DNA of 55,599 nt from a virus (taxonomy: Duplodnaviria; Caudoviricetes): IMG/VR virus record IMGVR_UViG_3300038974_000149, positions 1 to 55,599 of that record; one strand, written 5' to 3'. This document shows, piece by piece, positions 34,089-45,200 of this stretch. The position numbers were made by a program, and so were the translations under genes. The stretch's first letter is position 1, and each line of letters starts with the position of its first letter. The notes beneath the pieces were generated by a model. The model searched no databases, was not told the origin of the DNA, and was given only the letters and a program-made list of their open reading frames with translations.

Positions 34089-35782
34089 AGCTGACCTTCC
34101 AGATGTATTTTCTTGAATGCTTCTAATAGACTTTTCTTCCAGTTATATCGGGTCATAAATTCGTAGACACCTGTCTCTTTACATCCAAATGTTCCAGCTT
34201 CACCTAACGGCCTGACAATAACATTTTCAATGTCAAAAAATGGCTCTGGATAAACGCAGAAAATAACTAGCTTTTTGCACGTTTTTAGCAAATCAGGTAT
34301 TAGATTAGCAAACGATAAATGGTCGCCTAAACCATGCGAGATTGCAATGAATCTATAACCCCATTTTGAAAGTTCTTTTCTAAAAATCTCTTCATCATGC
34401 TCCCACAATGACTTATCGGTTTCAGTTCGAATGCCACCTTCGGGATTTCGATAGTGCCATGTTACAGCAGACCTGTCAACTAGAAGTTTGTAGCCAGCCT
34501 GAAACAGTCTGTGCGTGAAAATAGTCTCCTCACGATGTGCTACTTTTGAAAGAGACAAATCGTAGTCTACAATGTTGGTTCTATAAAGAAACGAGCTATA
34601 GAGGTGCTCAACCTCGATTACGCCTTTTCCTCTCTTCCACTGGATGTTGGGTAAACGATTTACATCCAATAAATTAGTCGCAAAATGTGAACTATTTGCT
34701 TCTCCTCCTGGAACGACTACAGAGCCCGCAACAGCTCCGATTCCGTCTTTCATGTGCGAAAAAAGTTTTTCTAAAACATCTGGTTCAGCAATAACGTCGT
34801 CATCTAGACGCCATACAAACTCGTATTCAGATGTGTTAGCCATCTGATGAGCAAAGTGCTGCCCTTGATTTCTCGTGAAAGCCACTTCCCATTCTATTCC
34901 AACCGATGAAAGATGCGTGAACAAGTATTTGTACGTTGGATTCTCACGAAGGTCTAGATGCTCACCATCATCAAAGATGATTAGCTTGTCGGGCTTCATG
35001 GTTTGAGATGCTACTGAAGCAATCGTTAGAGGCAACGTTGTAAAGTATCTATTTTTCGTAGGAATGCAGCACAGAATAGACTTCTTTTTGTTCTTTTTGT
35101 ATCGTTCTTCAACTGTTTTCATGTTTCGATAGAAGATTGAATCCCAGTCCTCTATGATTGATTTGTCGTGAACAGTTGCTTCGCCCTTATGAAGAATAGG
35201 AACAGTACCTATGATGGTTCCGTCACCTCGTCCTGTCATTTCACCCGCGACTTCTAACTCGTAACCAGCTTCTTCAGCTCTAATGCAGAAATCTATGTCT
35301 TCACCAGAACCTTTTCCAAAAGATTCATCAAGATAGCCTATTTTGTCAAAGACCTCTCGTTTTATCATCGCACAGAAGAAGATTATGAAGTCTCTATCTA
35401 GTGCTTTATTATGCGATTTGATTGGGCCCACTATTCCAACGTTGGGATTTTCGAACTTGTCTAAATGCATTTTTATTACTGTATCTTTAGGCTGTTCCTT
35501 CAGAAATGCGTCGTTGTTGAGAAGTAGAATGTATTCACCTTGAGATGCTTTTATTCCTTCGTTATTTGCCTTGGCATATCCAAGAGGCTCGTCGAACCAG
35601 AGAAGTTTGAATGGAGCGCCAAGAGATTCGACATAGTCTTTTGTTCCATCTGTGCAACCATTAGCTACAATGATGATTTCTTTGTCATCAAGATTGCAGT
35701 ATTTTTGAATAGCCTCACAGCACGGTTTCAAACAATCATCGAGATGATTCAACGTGCCGATTACAATAGATACTTTTATCAT
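34085..35782 (-). CDS. tandem GT2 glycosyltransferase with C-terminal GT9-like N-half
   Basis: VSIVI, IIIVANG, GYAKANNEG, LLNND, GYLDESF..EDIDF; second GT2 (IPTKNR, IIFDD, RLDDD); GLGDH. Confidence 0.9.
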   Translation of the reverse strand: MIKVSIVIGTLNHLDDCLKPCCEAIQKYCNLDDKEIIIVANGCTDGTKDYVESLGAPFKLLWFDEPLGYAKANNEGIKASQGEYILLLNNDAFLKEQPKDTVIKMHLDKFENPNVGIVGPIKSHNKALDRDFIIFFCAMIKREVFDKIGYLDESFGKGSGEDIDFCIRAEEAGYELEVAGEMTGRGDGTIIGTVPILHKGEATVHDKSIIEDWDSIFYRNMKTVEERYKKNKKKSILCCIPTKNRYFTTLPLTIASVASQTMKPDKLIIFDDGEHLDLRENPTYKYLFTHLSSVGIEWEVAFTRNQGQHFAHQMANTSEYEFVWRLDDDVIAEPDVLEKLFSHMKDGIGAVAGSVVVPGGEANSSHFATNLLDVNRLPNIQWKRGKGVIEVEHLYSSFLYRTNIVDYDLSLSKVAHREETIFTHRLFQAGYKLLVDRSAVTWHYRNPEGGIRTETDKSLWEHDEEIFRKELSKWGYRFIAISHGLGDHLSFANLIPDLLKTCKKLVIFCVYPEPFFDIENVIVRPLGEAGTFGCKETGVYEFMTRYNWKKSLLEAFKKIHLEGQL

Positions 35783-35791
35783 ACAAACTCC

Positions 35792-36979
35792 TTATGTTTG
35801 TTCGTTATACATTATGTCTGGTCTGAATGTAGGCGTCAGTCCTTTTATGACAAGATTTGTCGCGTTTTTTGCTTCAAAGTTTTTGAATCGACGGTCTATA
35901 GGAGTGCTAATAGTATTATTCAGGTGAACAATAAATCTAAAGTGATCTGGAAATGTTGAAACATCTGCATCTAATCTGGCAATGAACGAATTATCGACCC
36001 ACCCCCAAACATAATGAAGTTCTTCATCCCATAAGAGCTTTAGAGTATGAAAAACTGTTGATTCGTTTCCAAATAGGGCCACTGGGTCTGAAACAGAACC
36101 CGAAGGCTGCAAACCATTTTCAACCTTTTCAACTCTATAACCATCAGCCTGACATGAAATCTCGACAAAGTTTATGTTGTCTGATTCAACTCTAAACAGT
36201 ATTTCACTTCCAACGCCAAATCCAAGAGTAGGAAGCCTGAACTGAATCTCATGATACCATCCGCAGCGTTTGCTAACGTATCGAGTGTGAATTGCGACAT
36301 AACCTCCCACCGACGGAGTACCACTGTACGTCAATTCCGAACTAGATTCCGAAAATAAAACACCTGTGATTCCGCCGTACGCTATAGTCCAATTCGAACC
36401 TATTGATGAATTGTTGAATGCATCATCTTTTATTCTATTCAGAGTAAAATCGTTCACTATAAGAACCAAATCATCGAATTCATTTATCGAACCAGAATTA
36501 GCATTGAAGACGATAAGCGGGCCCGATAAAACACTAAGAGTATCGTAGTGAACTTCTGTGTCGTCGATTCGAACCACTACGCTTGCATCTTGACACACTA
36601 TTTCGACATCATGAAACGAGGTGCCATACGTAAAATCAACACCAGTGCGCTCATAAATAACATTGTTTACTTTTTCATAAATGTCGATTCTATCATTAGA
36701 ATAAATACATCCGACAGAAACTCTATTTTCATTGCTACCATCTCTTCTAATCTGAACTTGCCACCGATTGAATGTTCCCGAAACAAATTTGACTCTGAAT
36801 CTAAGTATAAAATTGTCATAATTCGTCAAAGGAAGATTCCATGTGAGATTTCCATCGCCCGAGTTTTTAACCACTTTACCCGAATCATTTTGAACCGACC
36901 AGACACTTTCTGAATCTGTAAATCCTACAGGATCAGTGCCAATAGCGTCATTTTCGAATGTTGCAGAGTATGTGCTCAT
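35792..36979 (-). CDS. concanavalin-A/lectin-like beta-sandwich virion protein
   Basis: Two beta-rich ConA-like repeats (FHDVEI...FDDL; FHTLKL...FKNF). Confidence 0.55.
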   Translation of the reverse strand: MSTYSATFENDAIGTDPVGFTDSESVWSVQNDSGKVVKNSGDGNLTWNLPLTNYDNFILRFRVKFVSGTFNRWQVQIRRDGSNENRVSVGCIYSNDRIDIYEKVNNVIYERTGVDFTYGTSFHDVEIVCQDASVVVRIDDTEVHYDTLSVLSGPLIVFNANSGSINEFDDLVLIVNDFTLNRIKDDAFNNSSIGSNWTIAYGGITGVLFSESSSELTYSGTPSVGGYVAIHTRYVSKRCGWYHEIQFRLPTLGFGVGSEILFRVESDNINFVEISCQADGYRVEKVENGLQPSGSVSDPVALFGNESTVFHTLKLLWDEELHYVWGWVDNSFIARLDADVSTFPDHFRFIVHLNNTISTPIDRRFKNFEAKNATNLVIKGLTPTFRPDIMYNEQT

Positions 36980-36996
36980 AACTAGTATTATACCAT

Positions 36997-37377
36997 TTAT
37001 TTCAATAAAAGTGCTTTAGCTTCATCAAAAGTTATGTTTAGTTTATAGTTTGTCGATAAAGCATTCGCAAATTTGTTGAGTCTTTCTGGAACGTATTTGA
37101 GCTGCTCGCGATATGCTTCGACTTCAAACTTGAGACGCCATTTCTTCGAGCAGAGATAGAGTATTCCGTTTATTCCAATCCATCTATAAGACTGACGAGA
37201 ATGCACAAGTTCGTGTTCAATGAGAGCTCGTTCAATTACAGCCTGACGAGTATCTGGACGAATAAAAATAATAGGTCCTATTGCAACACCATCAGATTGT
37301 TTAGAAAACATTCTAAAAACAATCTCGTTATAAAAAATAAACACCGGAAGACATTTATAAACCCATCTAAGCTGCAT
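36997..37377 (-). CDS. small zincin-like metallopeptidase (HExxH)
   Basis: IGPIIFI...HELVHSRQ...FEVEAY. Confidence 0.7.
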   Translation of the reverse strand: MQLRWVYKCLPVFIFYNEIVFRMFSKQSDGVAIGPIIFIRPDTRQAVIERALIEHELVHSRQSYRWIGINGILYLCSKKWRLKFEVEAYREQLKYVPERLNKFANALSTNYKLNITFDEAKALLLK

Positions 37378-37634
37378 TATTTTTCTCTTTCTAGTGCAGG
37401 AGCCTGTTTCGTTCTGTAAGCGTCAACAGTCTCAACATCGTGAAATGCCTGAGCAGCCTTGACGACTCTCGCATCTTCGCTCTGATAATCATCACCGGGA
37501 GCGATACAGTGACGATGATAAGTCTGAGCGATGAGAACTCCGTCTTTTAGTATGCGAGTTGCTTTGCGGACTTGTATTGTACCATCTTCTAACACTTCAA
37601 TTTTGTCAACTACTTGTTCTTCTGTGAGTGCCAT
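37377..37634 (-). CDS. tail-fibre-associated small protein (chaperone-like)
   Basis: VDKIEV...IQVR...DG...YHRH..APGDD; usual partner of DDYEEG-type fibre genes. Confidence 0.65.
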   Translation of the reverse strand: MALTEEQVVDKIEVLEDGTIQVRKATRILKDGVLIAQTYHRHCIAPGDDYQSEDARVVKAAQAFHDVETVDAYRTKQAPALEREK

Positions 37635-37645
37635 ATAGTCTCCTC

Positions 37646-38563
37646 TTATACGTTATAAGTCATATTTATATAGACTCGAGATGTATTAGCAAAATTTGCT
37701 TCTGTTAAATTTGACGCCGCGCCGGCTTCATTTCTTTGCTGAAGATCAATAACTGTTGTTTCAGCATATGCTCCCGTCATTCCAGTGTATGAGACAGTGT
37801 GCAAGTGAGTGCTGACCGAAACATTTGAGTATATCGTAAAAGGAAGACCAGTAACTGTAGCTATTCCAGAAGATGATCCTTTTGCTGACAAAATTATTGT
37901 TCCATCTATAGTGACGCTTCTTCCTATTTTAGTATAATATCCTCTTTGCGCCGTATACGTCATTCCAACAGAATTTCCACCAAATTTGAGTGCAGGAGTC
38001 CAGTTGCCTTCTTCATAATCGTCTAGAGTGTTGGCATCAGATGAAGCATTTTGAGTTGCAGGAAACTTGAGTTGACCTAAGTTTAAGTTTGCCGAACCAT
38101 CTTTTAGCTCTAGATACTGAAGATGATAACCAGATCTGCCGCTATTAGGGGTGCAGAATCGTACGCCATTTCTAAAGAAGACTTCTGTTCCATTACCTGT
38201 AAAAGCACCATCGGTTATGTCAGAAACATCTTCGCAGAAACAGGGAGTGACAGCGCCAGAAACGTCAGCTGTCGTTGTTCCTGTTGAACCTATTACTAAA
38301 GTCTTATAGGAGCCTGTACTATAGCCGAAGTAGCTTTCCTTCAATGCGTATCTACTTACACCAGAGTTGCCAGCACTTAGAACGCCAGAAAATGTTGGAT
38401 TCTCAGTAAAAACACCCGAATAGCCACTTATTCCGCTATAACCTGAAACACCAGAATATCCCGACTCACCTAAACCAGAATAGCCTGAAAGTCCGCTGTA
38501 GCCAGAAGCGCCATAGCCCGTGTATTGCCATTCACTGCTTTCATATATCTTTAGTCTAGCCAT
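37646..38563 (-). CDS. tail fibre-like protein with short SGYSG stalk
   Basis: FPATQ...ANTLDDYEEG.WTP...G.YTKIGR...GLPFT C-terminal module. Confidence 0.75.
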   Translation of the reverse strand: MARLKIYESSEWQYTGYGASGYSGLSGYSGLGESGYSGVSGYSGISGYSGVFTENPTFSGVLSAGNSGVSRYALKESYFGYSTGSYKTLVIGSTGTTTADVSGAVTPCFCEDVSDITDGAFTGNGTEVFFRNGVRFCTPNSGRSGYHLQYLELKDGSANLNLGQLKFPATQNASSDANTLDDYEEGNWTPALKFGGNSVGMTYTAQRGYYTKIGRSVTIDGTIILSAKGSSSGIATVTGLPFTIYSNVSVSTHLHTVSYTGMTGAYAETTVIDLQQRNEAGAASNLTEANFANTSRVYINMTYNV

Positions 38564-38590
38564 TTTAAAACCTTCATTTTCTAATGTGAG

Positions 38591-40555
38591 TTATCTTACA
38601 ATTAAAACATTAATGAATTGAGCATCATATTTTTGAAATGCAGTGTGGTCGCCGAATCCAGTATAAACAGTGCATCCCGAAACAGTGTTGCTGTTACCTG
38701 CTTTGCCCATAATCGCGTTATCAGCTGAAGTATCCATTGCGGTGACCAAAACTACATAATTTGCATCAGAAATATTGCTTGTAAAATTTATAGTATAAGT
38801 ACCCGCGCCTACATCTGTTATTGATGAAACATTATAACTTGATCTAATTGAAGGCGTTCCGCTTCCATTAAAGTTTACCCATGCTTTGATGCTAGTATTT
38901 CCACTATATCCCGAAGTACCAGAACCACTATATCCACTAAAGCCGCTGTAACCCGATGTGCTGTCTCCAGAATAACCAGATTCACCAGAGTAGCCGCTTA
39001 TTCCTGAGTAACCTGAAATACCGGAGTATCCAGAGTCACCTTCGGGTCCAGGAGCGCCTGAAAGAGAAACGCTCCATGAGCTAAATGTTCCTGTTCCTGT
39101 TGTTGAAGTTACATCTACTATTAACTCTCCCGTTCCTTCGTTATAGGAAGTAATAGTGCCTTCCATGCTGTGAGTACTGTCATTTGAAATAATGACAGTT
39201 TGTCCAGTGGATAATGCTAAACCAGTTTCAACAGTGAGAGTTTTGGAGCCTGTTCCTATTGTCAATTCTGTCGATGAAGTTGTTGAGTATTTGTCTCCAG
39301 CTAAACCACTATAACCGCTTATTCCTGAATAGCCTGAAATACCACTTGTGCCAGAATAGCCTGACTCACCTGAACCAGAATAGCCTGACTCACCTGAATA
39401 ACCTGAAAATCCGCTCACTCCTGAATAGCCTGAATCACCCGAATAACCGCTATCTCCATCTATTCCAGAATAACCACTTATTCCTGAATAGCCGGAAATA
39501 CCAGAGTCACCTGAGTAACCTGAGTAACCACTATAACCCGAGTAGCCGGAGATACCCGAATAACCCGAAACACCATCAATTCCAGAATAACCACTTATTC
39601 CTGAATAGCCAGAATCACCTTCAGAGCCTGAATAACCACTTATTCCAGAATATCCAGAGATGCCTGAGTAACCCGAAAAGCCCGAATAGCCAGAATCACC
39701 TTTAGAACCCGAATAACCACTTATTCCAGAATATCCAGAGATACCAGAATCACCTTCAGAGCCATCGATGCCCGAATAGCCCGAATAGCCCGAATAGCCC
39801 GAGACGCCAGAGTATCCCGATGTTCCATCTTGACCTGAATAGCCGCTCGTTCCAGAGTAGCCAGAGATTCCGTCAGCGCCAGAATCGCCTGAAATACCGC
39901 TGTAACCACTGAAGCCTGAATAACCTGAAACACCAGAGCCACTATAGCCTGAAAGACCAGAATAGCCGCTATCTCCATCTGTTCCTAAATATCCACTATA
40001 GCCGGAAATACCAGAGTCACCTGAGTAACCCGAATAACCTGAAGTACCATCAGAACCAATCGTACCATCTTGACCGGAATAACCAGAAATACCAGAGTAG
40101 CCAGAACGTCCGCTGTATCCCGAGATTCCTGAATAACCAGAAGCTCCAGACGAAGACCATTGAGTCCAGTATTCTATTTGCGTTGTAGGGTCTTGTCCTG
40201 AATTGTCTTGAAGACTTACATAGGCGTTTCCTTCGTGCGTCACAACATCATAAGTGTTGTATGCGGTGTCTATGTCCCACTCACCCTCAAATGCAAATCC
40301 CACACCGCTATAGCCTGATAATCCTACACCAGAATAACCTGAGACGCCTGAGCCAGAATAGCCACTTATTCCAGAATAACCGCTTATTCCTGAATCACCA
40401 GAGTAGCCAGAGATACCGGAATAGCCAGAATAGCCCGAACCTCCTACTGCGTCTGCGTTTTCTAGAACTCCACTGCTTGTCCAGCGTAGATACTTTCCAG
40501 ATTCTGCCGATGGAGCATCGAGAAGTTCTTTAAATCTCTTGTAGATTCTTTGCAT
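38591..40555 (-). CDS. Gly-x-Ser (SGYSG) repeat fibre protein
   Basis: Long (G-x-S)n tracts, one W.G.W...Y...DVV..G..Y module, C-terminal AWVNFNG...SYNVSSITD.G.G.Y.INF fibre-tip domain. Confidence 0.85.
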   Translation of the reverse strand: MQRIYKRFKELLDAPSAESGKYLRWTSSGVLENADAVGGSGYSGYSGISGYSGDSGISGYSGISGYSGSGVSGYSGVGLSGYSGVGFAFEGEWDIDTAYNTYDVVTHEGNAYVSLQDNSGQDPTTQIEYWTQWSSSGASGYSGISGYSGRSGYSGISGYSGQDGTIGSDGTSGYSGYSGDSGISGYSGYLGTDGDSGYSGLSGYSGSGVSGYSGFSGYSGISGDSGADGISGYSGTSGYSGQDGTSGYSGVSGYSGYSGYSGIDGSEGDSGISGYSGISGYSGSKGDSGYSGFSGYSGISGYSGISGYSGSEGDSGYSGISGYSGIDGVSGYSGISGYSGYSGYSGYSGDSGISGYSGISGYSGIDGDSGYSGDSGYSGVSGFSGYSGESGYSGSGESGYSGTSGISGYSGISGYSGLAGDKYSTTSSTELTIGTGSKTLTVETGLALSTGQTVIISNDSTHSMEGTITSYNEGTGELIVDVTSTTGTGTFSSWSVSLSGAPGPEGDSGYSGISGYSGISGYSGESGYSGDSTSGYSGFSGYSGSGTSGYSGNTSIKAWVNFNGSGTPSIRSSYNVSSITDVGAGTYTINFTSNISDANYVVLVTAMDTSADNAIMGKAGNSNTVSGCTVYTGFGDHTAFQKYDAQFINVLIVR

Positions 40556-40556
40556 A

Positions 40557-40811
40557 CTAGTTATCTTCCGACTTGAAAATGTTTATCTTGCTGAGAGACA
40601 TGAAGGCACTAAGCTTGCTCTGTGCAATAAATAAATCTGTTTTATACGGAGCATTGAAGAAGAAACTCTGAACATCAATCGACTTGAATACGCTTGTTTT
40701 TTTTAGAGACATAAAGACTACTTCAATGTCTCTTTTATTGACTACTATTACTGTAGACCATCTTACAGCGTCGCCATAAGGCAGTATTCCGTATTCTAGA
40801 TTGCCGTACAT
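40557..40811 (-). CDS. small hypothetical virion-module protein
   Basis: MYG...YG..PYG N-terminus. Confidence 0.55.
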   Translation of the reverse strand: MYGNLEYGILPYGDAVRWSTVIVVNKRDIEVVFMSLKKTSVFKSIDVQSFFFNAPYKTDLFIAQSKLSAFMSLSKINIFKSEDN

Positions 40812-41612
40812 TTATGCCTCGAGTGTCTTGTCTATAATGTAAGAACTTATAACACTTTCATTAGCTATAGTTCTGCTACGACCATTAGAAATAATGTAAT
40901 CTACTCCAGCAGAAGATAGACAATAACGTCTTTTGCAGATTTTAGTTCTTGAAAGATTTGATAAGCTTTTTTTGAACCTATCGATTACATCATCTTGATG
41001 AACATAGAATTGAGCAGAGTTATTTTCTTTATTGAGAACATTCACTTGTGAAGTTATACTATAATCGGCTGTTCTTCCAAGTTGATACTCGAGAAGATTT
41101 GTATAGTCAACGGTGACTAAATGCAATCCTGAAGCTGTATCGTACTCGTGATCACTAAACGACAATAGAGAAGAGTTACAGTTCCAAAATCTTGAAGACG
41201 TAACTATCTTGTAAACACCTATGTCGAATTCGATAGTCTCTCCAACGAGCGCTATGTTTGTGCCATTCCATTCTGCAATGAACTTACTTATTTTATCAAG
41301 AAATAGAGAAGTAATAGCTCCTGCCTTTGAAGCTCCAGAGTTTGTCGTATAGAGCGCTAATCTCCATGAATCGTTTGATTTGTCGGCACTAATGACATTA
41401 TAGTCGATTTCTTGATACCATTCGCTCATGTATTTTTTGATTGCATCTGCAACTGACATTTCTGTAATAGTCAAAGAAACAAAAGGTGTATTCGAAGAGC
41501 ATTTAGTAGAATCATTTTCAAATACCTCCACTACATAACCTTTTTTATAACTAACAGCTAAATCATTTTGCAGTGCTGTATCGTCTCTATCATAAATCAT
41601 TAGTTTTGCCAC
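40812..41612 (-). CDS. hypothetical protein
   Basis: 266-aa ORF, GTG start. Confidence 0.65.
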   Translation of the reverse strand: MAKLMIYDRDDTALQNDLAVSYKKGYVVEVFENDSTKCSSNTPFVSLTITEMSVADAIKKYMSEWYQEIDYNVISADKSNDSWRLALYTTNSGASKAGAITSLFLDKISKFIAEWNGTNIALVGETIEFDIGVYKIVTSSRFWNCNSSLLSFSDHEYDTASGLHLVTVDYTNLLEYQLGRTADYSITSQVNVLNKENNSAQFYVHQDDVIDRFKKSLSNLSRTKICKRRYCLSSAGVDYIISNGRSRTIANESVISSYIIDKTLEA

Positions 41613-41621
41613 AATAATCTC

Positions 41622-42290
41622 CTAAGAAGAAATGACACATGTTACTACGTTTACAGGAACTGCAGAAAAGCATACTCCTTGAGTCACAACATCGTCTGCT
41701 GACAATGTCCATGTCGGGTTTGCGTTTGAAGCACCACAGATTAGATAATAGCTCTCAGAAATGTAAGCGCCGTGATCATTTTGATACACTTCAACGTTTC
41801 CTGTCCACGAAATAGTTAGACTTCCCGTAGCAGCTTCACCGCATCCTGCTCTTATGTATTTGAAGTCGCCTTGATTCAACTGATTGAATGTAGCGCCTAT
41901 ACTAGAAGTAGATGTTGAGTTATTTCCACCTGTAGAATAATACTGAGAAATAAATCCTGTTCCAGCATCTGCTGTAACAACTTCAAGATGTATAGTTCTA
42001 GTATTTGTATTGGGTACAGAAACTGTAAACTCAGAACCTGAAAAAATCTTGCAAACATACCATACTTCTATAAACTGCTCGTATCCCGTTCCTCCTCTAT
42101 TTGTGCCAGCTTGAGTCGCTGTTACTCCATCGATTGTAGGAGCTCCACCTGTTCTTGCCGTAGTTCCTGCGATAATCAGACTAAGAACAGCAACAGTAGC
42201 TCTAGCTCCTGGAGTGTGAGCATGAGTAGAAGGATTTGCTTTCAAACCATTTGCTTGAGATTTGTTTCTATAAGTATGAACGTATGCCAT
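41622..42290 (-). CDS. Ser/Thr/Gly-rich beta protein, putative adhesin
   Basis: 222-aa beta-rich ORF directly downstream of a fibre gene. Confidence 0.65.
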   Translation of the reverse strand: MAYVHTYRNKSQANGLKANPSTHAHTPGARATVAVLSLIIAGTTARTGGAPTIDGVTATQAGTNRGGTGYEQFIEVWYVCKIFSGSEFTVSVPNTNTRTIHLEVVTADAGTGFISQYYSTGGNNSTSTSSIGATFNQLNQGDFKYIRAGCGEAATGSLTISWTGNVEVYQNDHGAYISESYYLICGASNANPTWTLSADDVVTQGVCFSAVPVNVVTCVISS

Positions 42291-42291
42291 T

Positions 42292-45200
42292 TTACACCGT
42301 GCAAGTTAGAGTTATGACTACTTGTCCGGGAGTTCCCGATACAGCTGAAATGTCAATCCATAACCAGTTATCAGCAGCAAGACTAGAATCTGAAAAAGAT
42401 GTAGTAGAGGCGCCCGTCACTGTAGCAACTTGATCTGAGCCTAACAGATTCGTGCCCGCTGAGCCAATAGTTGAACGCTCTTCTATATTGAATGTCACTG
42501 AAGTTGCTGCTGTGACATAAGAATCTATTCTAACAGCAGTATGAGCCTGATAAAGACGTGGTCCGGGAAATCCACCAACCGCCGGATTAGAAATCACCCA
42601 GGAGAACGTTCTAACATTAGAGCCTAATCCACTTATTCCAGAATAACCACTTCGGCCTGAGTAGCCCGAAAGTCCACTTATTCCAGAATAACCTGAGATG
42701 CCAGAATAACCTGAGATGCCAGAATAACCTGAAATACCTGAGTAGCCTGAATCTCCAATGCCTCCTACATCATCAGTATCTTTCCCTACACGACGCTCTT
42801 CCGATCTCCAAAGGTCGCCTTCCGAAAATGAAACAGGAGGTTCAGCTCCAACATAGATATTAGCGCCACTTGTTCCTGAATAGCCTGAAAGTCCAGAGTA
42901 TCCAGATACACCCGAGCCAGAATAACCACTAAAACCAGAAATACCGCTATAACCTGAAATACCGGAACCGCTGTATCCGCTTATTCCACTATAACCGGAA
43001 GTGCTAGCACCCGAAAAACCACTTATTCCTGAATAACCCGAAGATCCTAATCCGCTGTAGCCAGAAGCACAGAAAAGATTCCAATATGCAGTTTCAGTGG
43101 CAGGATTCTGGTTTGTTCCCGATTGAACACAGATGTACGCAGAGCCATTATATTCAACGCAGTCATTTGGTTGATATGCTGTTCCAGAATCCCAAGAACC
43201 TTCCCATGGATATTGTGTGCCAGAGATGCCAGAGTATCCCGAGACTCCACTAGAGCCAGAATAGCCGCTAGTTCCTGAATAACCCGAAATTCCAGAGTAA
43301 CCGCTTATTCCTGAATAGCCAGATTCTCCATCAAAACCAGAGATACCAGAGTAGCCACTATAACCCGAGATGCCAGAGTAGCCTGATTCACCGGAGTAAC
43401 CGCTATATCCCGAAATTCCAGAGTAACCACTGTAGCCAGAAAGTCCCGAATAGCCCGAAATACCAGAATCTCCACTGTAGCCACTTATTCCAGAGTAACC
43501 ACTGTAGCCACTTATTCCAGAGTAACCACTGTAACCCGAAATTCCAGAGTAACCTGAGCCGCTATAACCTGAGATTCCAGAGTAGCCTGAAATGCCAGAA
43601 TCACCACTATAGCCAGAAAGTCCTGAATAGCCCGAGGTTCCGCTAATGCCAGAATATCCTGAGACACCAGAATAGCCTGAATCGCCCGAAATACCACTAT
43701 AACCACTGAAGCCTGAATAACCGGAAACGCCAGAACCACTATAGCCTGAAATGCCACTATAGCCACTGATTCCAGAGTAGCCTGAATAACCAGAAATACC
43801 TGAGTCTCCAGAGTAGCCACTGAAACCGCTTGTTCCTGAGTATCCAGATTCTCCAGAATAACCAGAGTAACCTGAGTCTCCATCTGAACCTATTACACCA
43901 TCTTGACCAGAATAGCCTGAAATGCCTGAGTATCCAGAAATACCGGAATCGCCAGAATAACCAGATTCACCAGAGTAGCCAGAGATTCCTGAATAACCGG
44001 AATCACCTGTTGCTCCGCTAAAGCCTGAAATGCCTGAATAACCCGAGATTCCACTATCTCCGGAGTAACCACTTATTCCAGAATAGCCTGAGATGCCAGA
44101 GTAGCCCGAGTCACCATCGGTTCCAGAAATACCAGAGTAACCTGAAATGCCACTAGAACCAGAATAGCCAGAAATGCCAGAATAACCACTTATACCAGAA
44201 TCACCAGAGTAGCCCGAAATGCCACTGTAACCAGAATCGCCTTCTGAGCCATCAACGCCTGAGTAACCAGAGTAGCCACTTATTCCTGAATAGCCCGAAG
44301 TTCCTTCAGAACCTTCGACGCCAGAATAACCCGAAGCGCCATCGATACCAGAGTATCCACTTATTCCAGAGTATCCTGAAATGCCCGAGTAACCGCTGAT
44401 TCCAGAATAACCCGATGAACCAGGATTGTCGCCACTAAAACCGCTATAGCCTGAGTAGCCCGAGACTCCATCGGCGCCAGAATAACCCTCTCCTGAGTAG
44501 CCTGAATAACCCGAAGCACCATTTGATCCAGAATAGCCTGATTCTCCAGAATAACCACTTATTCCTGAATCGCCAGAATAGCCCGAGATGCCAGAGATAC
44601 CGCTGTAACCAGATGTGCTATCACCAGAATAGCCAGAGATGCCAGAATAACCAGATTCACCAAAGTTTCCTTGCTCACCAGAAAAACCACTGTACCCCGA
44701 AACTCCAGAGCCACTATAGCCAGATAGTCCACTATCTCCTTCTGCGCCTGAATAGCCTGAGTAACCCGACATCTGAGCATCTTGTCCTGAATAGCCCGAA
44801 ATACCAGAATAACCGCTAAAGCCAGAAACTCCTGAATAACCTGAAGTTCCTGAATAGCCTGAGATGCCAGAGCCGGAATAACCGCTAATACCTGAGCCCG
44901 AATAACCACTTATTCCAGAATAACCTGAAATACCTGAATAACCACTTATTCCTGAATAACCTGAGCTGCCAGAGAAACCACTGAATCCGCTAACGCCTGA
45001 ATAACCACTTATTCCTGAGTAGCCAGAATCTCCTGTCGCTCCGCTAAATCCAGAAATACCAGAGTATCCTGAGATGCCAGAGCCAGAATAACCAGAGATG
45101 CCAGAATAACCTGAAATACCGCTGAAACCACTGGCACCTGAGTAACCAGAATCTCCTATTCCACTGTATCCAGAAAAGCCAGATTTTCCAGAATAACCTG

